Source of the DNA: an uncultured Bacillota bacterium
Lineage (GTDB): Bacteria > Sysuimicrobiota > Sysuimicrobiia > Sysuimicrobiales > Segetimicrobiaceae
NCBI GenBank assembly: GCA_963804645.1
Contig: CAWDRG010000002.1
Span: forward strand, 1-64,000
Length of the DNA: 64,000 nucleotides
Direction of reading: 5' to 3'
Shown here: one piece after another, positions 1 to 8,400 of the stretch
Layout of the letters: every line of letters starts with the position of its first letter
Numbering within the stretch: position 1 is the first letter of the stretch
The notes under the pieces: generated by a model
Database searches by the model: none
The model's input: the letters and a program-made list of their open reading frames with translations, nothing else
Told to the model about the DNA's origin: nothing
Made by a program: the position numbers and the translations under genes

Positions 1-16
1 CAAAAGACTAGTGGCC

Positions 17-1158
17 TAGTGTAGTGCCTCACAAATAACTTGACAGTTCTTCGAGGTGGTGTCATGGTAGGGTTGCATGTGGACACCTCCGGACGCAGTG
101 CAGCTCACGGACGAACAGCGTCGCACACTGGAAGCGTGGGTGGCGGCGCGGACGACGCCGCAACGCCTGGCCTTTCGGGCGCGGATCATCTTGCTGGCCA
201 GCACCGGGGCCTCCAATCGCCACATTGCGCAGCAGGTGCAAACCAGCCGGCCGACGGTGATCTTGTGGCGTCAGCGCTTTGGGGCCGGCGGCGTGGCGGC
301 CCTGACCGAAGACGCCCCCGGCCGCGGCCGCAAGCCGACGTTGTCCCGCAAGAAGGTCCAGCACATCGTGGACGCCACGTTGCATACCACGCCGCCCGCA
401 GCGACGCATTGGAGCACCCGGACCATGGCGCAGGCCCAGGGCGTGAGCGCGGCCACGGTCCAGCGGATCTGGGACGCGCATGGGCTGCAGCCCCACCGCA
501 CCCGCACGTTCAAGTTGTCCACCGATCCGCGGTTTGTCGAGAAACTGACCGACGTCGTCGGCCTGTATCTGAACCCGCCGGAGAAGGCGCTGGTGCTGTG
601 TGTGGATGAGAAGACCCAGATCCAGGCCCTGGACCGCACCCAACCCGGGCTGCCGCTCAAGAAAGGCCGGTGTGGCACGATGACGCATGATTATCGGCGC
701 AACGGCACGACGACGTTGTTCGCCGCGCTCAATGTGCTGGAAGGCACCGTGATTGGCGAATGCATGGCCCGGCATCGGCACCAGGAGTTCCTGCGGTTCC
801 TGCGGACCGTGGACCGGGCCACGCCGCGGGGCCTCGCCCTGCACCTGATCCTGGATAACTATGCCACGCACAAGCACGATCAGGTTCAAGCGTGGCTGGC
901 GACGCATCGGCGCTTTCATCTCCACTACACCCCAACCAGTTCGTCGTGGCTGAATCTCGCCGATCGCTGGTTTCGCGAACTCAGCCAAAAGCGCATTCGT
1001 CGCGCGAGCTTTGCCAGCGTGCCCGATCTGAAACGGGCCATCCACGAATATCTGGCGCAGAACAATATCCACCCCAAGCCCTTCGTCTGGACGGCCAGCG
1101 TCGAGAAGATCTTGGCCAAGGTCAATCGTTGTAAAGCTATTTTGAATACACACCACTA
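17..1158 (+). mobile_element. IS630-family insertion sequence
   Basis: CTAG at both ends (16-19, 1156-1159); imperfect terminal IRs TAGTGTAGTGCCTCACAAATA vs reverse complement TAGTGGTGTGTATTCAAAATA (14/21); encloses the transposase. Confidence 0.85.
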
Positions 1159-1159
1159 G
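77..1159 (+). CDS. IS630-family transposase
   Basis: N-terminal HTH; CVDEK..QAL, HDYRRNGT, LILDNY and PTSSSWLN motifs; stop codon lies in the terminal CTAG. Confidence 0.95.
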   Translation: MWTPPDAVQLTDEQRRTLEAWVAARTTPQRLAFRARIILLASTGASNRHIAQQVQTSRPTVILWRQRFGAGGVAALTEDAPGRGRKPTLSRKKVQHIVDATLHTTPPAATHWSTRTMAQAQGVSAATVQRIWDAHGLQPHRTRTFKLSTDPRFVEKLTDVVGLYLNPPEKALVLCVDEKTQIQALDRTQPGLPLKKGRCGTMTHDYRRNGTTTLFAALNVLEGTVIGECMARHRHQEFLRFLRTVDRATPRGLALHLILDNYATHKHDQVQAWLATHRRFHLHYTPTSSSWLNLADRWFRELSQKRIRRASFASVPDLKRAIHEYLAQNNIHPKPFVWTASVEKILAKVNRCKAILNTHH

Positions 1160-1208
1160 TTAGACCGCTATTGTCCCCTTCACGGCCGTAGTGCGAGGCG
1201 TGATGTCG

Positions 1209-1248
1209 AGGCACCCGGTGTAGAATGTCACGATTTCGTGCAGTAATA
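1209..1248. repeat. ~100-bp direct repeat, copy A left part (interrupted by IS1634)
   Basis: aggcacccggtgtagaatgtcacgatttcgtgcagtaata matches aggcacggctgtaggaagtcataatttcgtgcagtaaga at 5078-5116. Confidence 0.8.
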
Positions 1249-1310
1249 CCCGACATTCCGCAAGTCGCGAAGCGAAGTCTCCCGATTTTCTCGGGGACTC
1301 TTGGGGAGGC

Positions 1311-3014
1311 CTATTGGTAGACCTCGGGCGGAATGTCCAAGAGCTCGAGCAGCGTACGTTGGAGTTGTGACAGCTCGATCGGAAACGCCGTGACCTCCCC
1401 GTTGAGCTCGACCTCGTACCACCGCACGTCTTGAAAGGCCTCCAGAATCCTGGGCCACGTTGGGGTCGGCGTGGGACGATGCTCCGGCAAGAGGGCCAGC
1501 GTCTTGAGGTTCCGCTGCCGCATGCTGGTGCGCACCTCCCGCTCGATGAGGCTCGCGACGACGAGGGCGATAAAGTAGGCGTGGAGCAGGCCCGCCGCCC
1601 GGCGTGGTTTCTTCAGGTACACCGGCGCGATCTCCAGGTCGGTTTTCAACAGCGAGAAGCGTTTCTCGACATAGGGTTGGAATTTGTACATGGCCAGGAC
1701 CTCGCGCTTCGGAGTCTTGGCGAGGTTCGTCACGAGCGGGAAGACCCCATCGGTGCGCCGCTCGCGGGCCAGGGCCTGCCCATCGCGGCGCACGTCCAGC
1801 GTGTAGGTCGTGTGTCGTTCGACCTCCACCGGCGTCTCGGCGGTGGGCCGGCCGCGCCGTAGATAGTGGCGACGCTGCTCGACGTGGCGCTTCACGGTCA
1901 CCTGGAGAAATGGCCGGGTGCCGGTCTCGCGGAGAATCTTGGTGACCGCACGCTGGATTCCCCCGTGGGTCCGATCCCGTCGCCGCTGCCGCGGTAGTTT
2001 GTCTTGGAACTCCCGCAGCGTGGCCTGGGCCTGGGCGAGGCGTCGCTCCCGCGCCTGCGCGTCCTCGACCGCTTTCTGCGAGCTCCGGATCCAGATCATC
2101 CGATATCCGTCGGCCGTGGTCGTGTACGTACCCGCACAGCTCGCGAAGATGTCTGGCGGACCATCCTTGTGCCGGTGGTTGGCGATGCGGAGAATGGGGT
2201 GCCACCGAATGCCATGGTCCCGCAGCCGATCGCGGAAGTGATGGTCTTCTTTCCAGGTCCGCGGCATCACGGTGACAAACTGCCCGCCATAGGCCGCGAT
2301 ATGCCGCAGATTGTCCTGGGTGCAGAGCTTGGCATCGGCCACGTAGATGAACTCCGCGCGGCCCACGAGCGTCCGCAAGGCGTCCACGGTGCTCCGGTGC
2401 ACCGTATCGTCGCTGCGGTTGCCGCTATGGACGTCGTGCCACACGGGGATTGCGCCATCGGCAGTGGCGGTGAGGCCGAAGACGAGCTGCTTGAGGTCCG
2501 GGCGGTGATCTTTGTTGTGCCCATGGGTGATGTGGGGCTCGCCGTGGGCAGTCGCGTAGGCGCCCTGGAACGTGACCGTGGTCGTGTCGTGGTGGAACCG
2601 CTCCGTCGCAAGTTCAAACTGCTTGATGATGCGCAAGGCCAAGCGGAACCAGATGCTGCGCCCCCGTTCGGAGGTGAGCGCATCCAGGGCCCGCGCCACC
2701 CGATCGTCGTTGATCGCCGCGTACTGCGAGGGGGTCAGCGCCAGCACCGCGGGCTCCACCGGCGCGAGCCACGTGGCGATCCGATACAGCGGGCCGGGGG
2801 AGACGAGCAGGTTGTGCACCAGCACGGCGAGCGTGCGCGCGTGATCGACGACCCCCTGGCGCGCGTTGCCCACGCAGCCGCGAATGATGGACTCCAGGGT
2901 GAGGCGTTCGAGGAAGTGCGCGATGATCGGATGCGGCCCGAGGTGATGGATCCGGTGCACCGCGCCCGGAGGAGCGCTGTGGGGACGACGGCCAGCGCGG
3001 GGCCGGAGCGTCAT
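1311..3014 (-). CDS. IS1634-family DDE transposase
   Basis: NDDRVARALD, FHHDTTT, GHNKDHRPDLKQ, YVADAK and YKFQPYVEKRF motifs; start placed at ATG 3014. Confidence 0.93.
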   Translation of the reverse strand: MTLRPRAGRRPHSAPPGAVHRIHHLGPHPIIAHFLERLTLESIIRGCVGNARQGVVDHARTLAVLVHNLLVSPGPLYRIATWLAPVEPAVLALTPSQYAAINDDRVARALDALTSERGRSIWFRLALRIIKQFELATERFHHDTTTVTFQGAYATAHGEPHITHGHNKDHRPDLKQLVFGLTATADGAIPVWHDVHSGNRSDDTVHRSTVDALRTLVGRAEFIYVADAKLCTQDNLRHIAAYGGQFVTVMPRTWKEDHHFRDRLRDHGIRWHPILRIANHRHKDGPPDIFASCAGTYTTTADGYRMIWIRSSQKAVEDAQARERRLAQAQATLREFQDKLPRQRRRDRTHGGIQRAVTKILRETGTRPFLQVTVKRHVEQRRHYLRRGRPTAETPVEVERHTTYTLDVRRDGQALARERRTDGVFPLVTNLAKTPKREVLAMYKFQPYVEKRFSLLKTDLEIAPVYLKKPRRAAGLLHAYFIALVVASLIEREVRTSMRQRNLKTLALLPEHRPTPTPTWPRILEAFQDVRWYEVELNGEVTAFPIELSQLQRTLLELLDIPPEVYQ

Positions 3015-3111
3015 CCGCCTGGGGACCGCACGGCATCTTGACGGCGCATCGGTCTGTCTGTAGAATAACAGACAGATCTCCGAAGTCAAGCATTTGTTCG
3101 AGTGTGCGGAC

Positions 3112-3465
3112 ATGGCGGACGCGACAGACGCGATACGGACGTATGAGGCGCTCAAGGCCGCGGTGGGACGCCTCGGGTGGGTCCGGCCTGGCACGCTCGT
3201 GCGCCGATTCACCCGATGCGGCAAGCCCGGCTGCCACTGCATGGCGGATCCACCGACGCTCCACGGGCCTTACTACGATTGGACCTATAAGATTCGCGGC
3301 CGGTCGATCGCGAGGCGCCTCACGGCCGCGCAAGCTCAGCGCTGCGGGCAGTGGCTGCAAAACCATCGCAGGTTGCGGCGGATCGTGCACAAGATGGAAA
3401 CGCTGTCGCGGAAGGAGACGGATCGGTTGCTACGCGCGATCGCCAAGGAACCTCACGAGAAGTAG
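3112..3465 (+). CDS. DUF6788-like small Cys/His protein inside the IS
   Basis: GTL..RCGKPGCHC...HGPYY.W motif typical of IS-associated DUF6788 proteins. Confidence 0.8.
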   Translation: MADATDAIRTYEALKAAVGRLGWVRPGTLVRRFTRCGKPGCHCMADPPTLHGPYYDWTYKIRGRSIARRLTAAQAQRCGQWLQNHRRLRRIVHKMETLSRKETDRLLRAIAKEPHEK

Positions 3466-3532
3466 GTGCGGTCTAACCCCCTAGCAAAAATCTGCAAACC
3501 CGCCCCTCAGACTTGCGGAATGTCGGGTAATA

Positions 3533-3588
3533 CCCCCGCAAAATATGGGATTTTGAGCCCTCTACCACGATATCGGCCGTGGTTTGGT
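3533..3588. repeat. ~100-bp direct repeat, copy A right part
   Basis: cccccgcaaaatatgggattttgagccctctaccacgatatcggccgtggtttggtc matches 5118-5175. Confidence 0.8.
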
Positions 3589-3652
3589 CAACTTCCTCTT
3601 GCTAGAGTGCTTGTCGGCGGGTGTTCACAACTCTCGCAAAGGAGCATTTCGA

Positions 3653-4297
3653 ATGAGAAAGCTTGTCTTAAAAATGTCGATGACGCTCGACGGATTCGTT
3701 GGCGGGCCCAACGGCGAGATCGACTGGCTGATTCGCACTTTGGATGAGGACGCAATGGCCTGGATCGCCGACACTCTCTGGCAGGCTGGACTACACGCGA
3801 TGGGCAGCCATACGTACTACGACATGGTTGGATACTGGCCGACTTCGACGGAATTGCTCGCGGCGCCAATGAACGAAATTCCAAAAGTCGTGTTTACGCG
3901 GAAACCATCCATGGACCTGGGTGTGGGGCGCACGACGACTGCGCTTCGGGACGCGACGAAGGCTCGTGAAGCAGAAGGCGGAGCAACAGCGGCGAAATCC
4001 TCTCCGAGTGCGGTCAGTTGGGCCGCCGCTGAGGTCGCAACCGGCGATCTGGCGGCAGAGGTCGAACGGTTGAAGAAGCAGCCCGGCAAAGACATCCTGG
4101 CCCATGGCGGAGCATGCTTTGCGCGAAGCTTGGTGAAGCTCGGGTTAATCGACGAATACCGCCTCCTGATTCACCCGGTTGCCATTGGCTCTGGCCTTCC
4201 GCTATTTTCGGACTTGCCAAAGCCTATGGACTTGAAGCTTGTCAGCACGTCGGTTTTTAGATCGGGTGTTGCGGCGTTTGTCTATCGCCCAGCGTAG
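3653..4297 (+). CDS. Dihydrofolate reductase / RibD C-terminal family protein
   Basis: MRKLV..MSMTLDGF, GG..FARSL..GLIDEY.L.IHPV..GSG.PLF; RBS AAGGAG. Confidence 0.92.
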   Translation: MRKLVLKMSMTLDGFVGGPNGEIDWLIRTLDEDAMAWIADTLWQAGLHAMGSHTYYDMVGYWPTSTELLAAPMNEIPKVVFTRKPSMDLGVGRTTTALRDATKAREAEGGATAAKSSPSAVSWAAAEVATGDLAAEVERLKKQPGKDILAHGGACFARSLVKLGLIDEYRLLIHPVAIGSGLPLFSDLPKPMDLKLVSTSVFRSGVAAFVYRPA

Positions 4298-4472
4298 GTG
4301 GCGGACGCACCTCGCGAACGGACTGCGGCGGGCGCACAAGCAACTTAGTAGCACGACACCGGCCGTGCAGCCCGGAGCGGAGAGCGCCGCCCAAAGAAGG
4401 GCGGACAAGAGGCCGGAGTGATCTCGTCCTGGGTCACGTGACGCCAATCGGATTCACCCGCCAGGTCTCTTC

Positions 4473-4494
4473 TGGTATGATAAATGTGAATACC
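4473..4494 (+). promoter_or_regulatory. TA promoter (extended -10 TGgTATGAT) with GGTAT..ATACC inverted repeat
   Basis: Directly upstream of the antitoxin; typical autorepression layout. Confidence 0.5.
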
Positions 4495-4513
4495 GTATGG
4501 GAGGCCGTGAACG

Positions 4514-4750
4514 ATGAGCACGCAGAAGGTGGCGATTACATTGGACCGGGTCATCCTGCACGAAATTGACCGCTTGGTGGCTGAGGGCCGCTACCCGAGT
4601 CGAAGCCGCGCCATTCAGGAAGCGCTCCGGCGACATCTGGACCGAACTCGACGGCAGCGCTTGGCCGACGAGGCCGCGAAGCTGGATCGAGCAGAGGAAC
4701 GCGGACTTGCCGAGGAGAGCCTGGTGGGTGAGGCGTGGCCCGCGTCCTGA
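4514..4750 (+). CDS. Ribbon-helix-helix (CopG/MazE-like) antitoxin
   Basis: KVAITL..IDRLV....PSRSRAIQEA RHH pattern; overlaps the toxin start. Confidence 0.88.
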   Translation: MSTQKVAITLDRVILHEIDRLVAEGRYPSRSRAIQEALRRHLDRTRRQRLADEAAKLDRAEERGLAEESLVGEAWPAS

Positions 4751-5070
4751 GAGGGAGCATCTATTGGGCGGATCTGAACCCGGTCCGTGGCAGCGAACAA
4801 GCGGGCGTCCGCCCCGTGCTGGTGCTGAGTCACGACGTCTTCAACGACCGATCTGGTACTGTGATCGCCGTTGCGCTGACGAGCCGTCCTCAAAAAGCGG
4901 GGTTCCCGCTCACGCTGCGCCTGGAGGGTACCGGGTTGCCCGCACCGTCTTGGGTGAAGATCAGTCAGATCCGAACGCTTTCGACCGAGCGGCTGGGCCG
5001 CCGAGTAGCGACGGTGTCCGCAGAAGAGCTTGACCAAGTCATTGAAGGATTGGTCGAGCTCATCGGGTAG
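4735..5070 (+). CDS. mazF: PemK/MazF-family endoribonuclease toxin
   Basis: RGSIYWADLNPVRGSEQAGVRPVLVLS..FN and SWVKISQIRTLS motifs. Confidence 0.93.
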   Translation: MARVLRGSIYWADLNPVRGSEQAGVRPVLVLSHDVFNDRSGTVIAVALTSRPQKAGFPLTLRLEGTGLPAPSWVKISQIRTLSTERLGRRVATVSAEELDQVIEGLVELIG

Positions 5071-5077
5071 TGGGTGC

Positions 5078-5175
5078 AGGCACGGCTGTAGGAAGTCATA
5101 ATTTCGTGCAGTAAGACCCCCCGCAAAATAAGGACTTTTGACCCCTCAATCACGATATCGTGGAGTGGTGTGGTC
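5078..5175. repeat. ~100-bp direct repeat, copy B (intact)
   Basis: Roughly 80% identical by eye to reconstructed copy A; contains the palindrome CACGATATCGTG (5151-5162). Confidence 0.8.
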
Positions 5176-5242
5176 GCGGGTTGTAGGCAATGAGGTTCAG
5201 CTATAGGCGAACCTCGTTCGGCCGAGCCCATAATAACCAGTT

Positions 5243-5270
5243 AGGCTGCATAATCCCCGTTATGTGATGT
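5243..5270 (+). other. dif-like Xer recombination site
   Basis: AGGCTGCATAA-TCCCCG-TTATGTGATGT: 11-6-11 layout with GCATAA/TTATGT as in E. coli dif GGTGCGCATAA-TGTATA-TTATGTTAAAT; intergenic. Confidence 0.65.
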
Positions 5271-5492
5271 AGCCATGCGTGCGGGCCCTGCACAGCAAGG
5301 TCTTCCAGCGAACACGCGAAATCGAGGTCGCCTGCCGGCCGCCGACCCCTGTCGCGCTTGGACCCCGGAGTCGGACGTGTGAGCAGTCCGTGACGCGATG
5401 TCCTCGCGACACCACGGCCTGGACGGATCATGCCGGAAGGGCCCCACCCCGGGGCTGAAGAAGCGCAGGGGGCACGAGCCCGGAGGCGTTCG

Positions 5493-8400
5493 ATGAGCTC
5501 TACAAGAGCGGAAGGCCCTGACGGCAGGTTCAGAGTAGCGTGGCCGTTGGTTCCGGCTCTCCCCGGACGTCGGATTGCCACGATCGCGATCGTGGCGGGC
5601 ACGTACCTGGTCGCGGCCAAATTCTGTTTTCGGCTCGCCTCCGTCAATCCAAGCGTCACTCCTGTCTGGCTGCCCACCGGAATTGCGATCGCAACGATCC
5701 TCTTGATTGGGTACCGTGGATGGCCTGGCATCTTCCTCGGTGCGTTTCTCGCGAATGTCACGACTGCCGGGACCATGTGGACGTCACTCGGGATCGCCAC
5801 GGGAAATACGCTCGAGGCGCTGGTCGCGGCATATCTGGTCAATCGGTACGCGGACGGTGTGGACGCATTCGATCATCCCAACACGCTATTTCGGTTTGCA
5901 TTGCTGGCCGCGGTCGGGAGTACCATGGTGAGCGCGACGATCGGTGTCACCACACTGGCCCTCGCCCGGTTCGCGCCGTGGACCGACTACGGTGCTGTCT
6001 GGTTCACGTGGTGGTTGGGCGACGCGACGGGGGCGCTGATCGTCACGCCTCTCGTATTGCTGTGGAGTCGTCGGCCGCCGACGCGGTGGTACCCCCGGGA
6101 GGTACTGCAGCGCATCGCATTCCTGGCCGTGCTGGCGGTGGTCGCCGGCATCGTTCTCAGCGGCCTTGTCCCCTATCCGTTCCTGCTCGCGCCGCTCCTG
6201 GTTTGGGCTGCGTTTCGATTCGCTCCGTGGGAAGCGATGGCCGCGCTCTTCCTGCTCGGCGGCATCGCGATTTGGGAGACCACGATGGGCCACGGCCCGT
6301 TTGCGCGCGCGACGTCGAACGCGTCGTTGCTGGAGTTACAGGCCTTTCTCGCCGCGATGGTGTTGGTCACCCTTCCGCTGGCGAGCGCTGTTGCAGAGCG
6401 CCAGGCCGCGGATCGAGATCGGCGCCGACACGAAGGCGCGCAGCGACTGCTCGCAGAGGCTGGGATGGCGCTCGGCACGTCGCTCGACCCCGACGAGACG
6501 CTCAAGGCCGTGGCACGCCTCATGGTCCCGGCGCTGGCTGATTGGTGCACCGTGGACGTTCTCACGAGCGAAGGTCGGCTCCAAACCTTAGCGCGGGTTG
6601 ATCACGATCCGGCCAACGCTGAGGTCAGCGGCGATTTGTCCATCCGAGATGCGGCGGGAACCGTGAGTGTTGTACCGGGCGTCCATGAGACGATCCGGGA
6701 CGGCCGTTCTCAAATCTACCCTGATCTGCGAGCGCATCCATCGGCGACTGTGGGAGACGCGCCGCCGCGCCAGATCGTCCGCGATTTGTACCCGCGCTCC
6801 GCGATGATCGTCCCGCTCACGGCGCGAGATCGCATCCTCGGAGCCCTGACGCTCGTGTCAACAAGTTCCGCGCGTCGTCGATATGACCAGGCGGACCTCG
6901 TGCTTGCTGAAGAGATCGCGCGGCGCGCGGCCATCGCGGTCGACAACGCGCGGCTCCATCAGATAGTGGAAGAACAACGTCTCGCCGCGGAGCAAGCCCA
7001 GCAGCGTGCGGAGCAGGCCGCCGTGCGCGCAGAGCGGCTGCAGGCGGTCACCGCTGCGCTCTCGCAGGCGCTGACACCGACGCAAGTAGCGGACGTGATT
7101 CTGACCGAAGGCAACCGGGTGTTGCATGCGGCCGCCGCGGTCGTATACGAGTTGCGGGAAGAAGATGCCAGCTTAGAGATGCTGAAGAGCGTCGGATACC
7201 CGGAACCGCTCGTGAGCGTCTGGAGCCGCATCCTCGGCAGCGCTGAATCCCCGGCGGCGGAGGCCGCGAGGACCGGACAACCCGTGTACTACGAGTCGAT
7301 CGCGGCCGTCCTGCGACGATATCCGGCGCTGCATGGCAAAATGAACCCCTACCAGGGGCGGCGAACGTTCCATCCCCTGCTCGTCGGTGGACGACCGACT
7401 GGGGCGCTCGGGTTCATCTTCGAAGAGGCCACGGAGTTTGAGACGGACGAGCGGATTTTTATCGCGGCGCTGGCGTACCAGTGTGCGCAGGCGCTCGAAC
7501 GATCAGGATTCTATGCGCGGGAACACCGCGTTGTCGAGGCGCTGCAACACGCATTCTTGCCCGTCGGGCTTCCGCAAATTCCCGGCATCGAGATCGATAC
7601 CGCATACCTGCCGGGCGCCCGCGACTCGAAGCTCGGCGGCGACTGGTACGATGTGTTTCACCTGTCGGACGGACGCGTCGCGCTGTCGATCGGCGATGTC
7701 GTGGGCCGCGGGCTGGACGCCGCCGCCATGATGGGACAGATCCGGCAAACCATCCGCGCGGTCGCGCTCAGCGGGCACGAACCGTCGGCCGTACTCGAAC
7801 ACGCCAGTCGAGTGCTGAATCTGACCCACGAGGCCGACGGGATGGCGACGGCGATCTTCGGCGTCCTGGATCCGGTCACGCGAACGTTCGAGTATTCGGT
7901 GGCCGGCCATCCGGCTCCCGTCGTGGCTCCGCCCGACGGCCCCGCGCGGGCTCTGCCTGCGGGCGGGGTCCCGCTTGGGTTTGTCAGTACCGACGAGCTG
8001 ACATCGCAGCGCGTGGTGCTCTCTCCTGGAACGCTCCTCACGTTGTATACCGACGGGCTGACCGAGTTCGCGCACGACGCCCCGGCTGGTGAGCACGCGC
8101 TGTTCCTCGCGGCCGAAGAGCTGCAACGTTCCGGGGACGCCGGTCCGGCGCACGCCCTGCTGCGCCGCGTGCTGGGGGATACGGTCGGAGCGGATGATAC
8201 CGCGATCATTACGGTGCACGTGGCTGACCACGCGCTCGATCGGTTGGATCTCCTGCTTCCCGCACGACCGTCGACGCTGCGGCTCGTCCGGCAGGCGGTT
8301 CGGCAGTTGACCACAGCGCTGTCCCTCGACAGCAGGAGCGCCGCGTCTCTCAACGTTGCGGTTGGCGAGGCGGTGAACAACGTGATCGAGCACGCGTACG

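Larger units (their letters stand above)
1249..3527 (-). mobile_element. IS1634-family element carrying two ORFs
   Basis: Perfect 18-bp IRs CCCGACATTCCGCAAGTC (1249-1266) / GACTTGCGGAATGTCGGG (3510-3527); 5-bp target duplication TAATA (1244-1248, 3528-3532). Confidence 0.95.

Noticed and set aside
8..15. Extra CTAGTGG just left of the IS630
   Set aside because: It could be another IS end or target, but it is too short and at the window edge.
4298..4470. Possible attC site between the DHFR-like gene and the TA pair
   Set aside because: No RYYYAAC...GTTRRRY hairpin found, so a classical integron cassette array is not supported.
5208..5220. CGAAC-CTC-GTTCG resembling a LexA box beside the attI/dif-like site
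   Set aside because: The spacer is 3 nt rather than 4; it may still be part of the recombination site, but it is not called as an SOS box.
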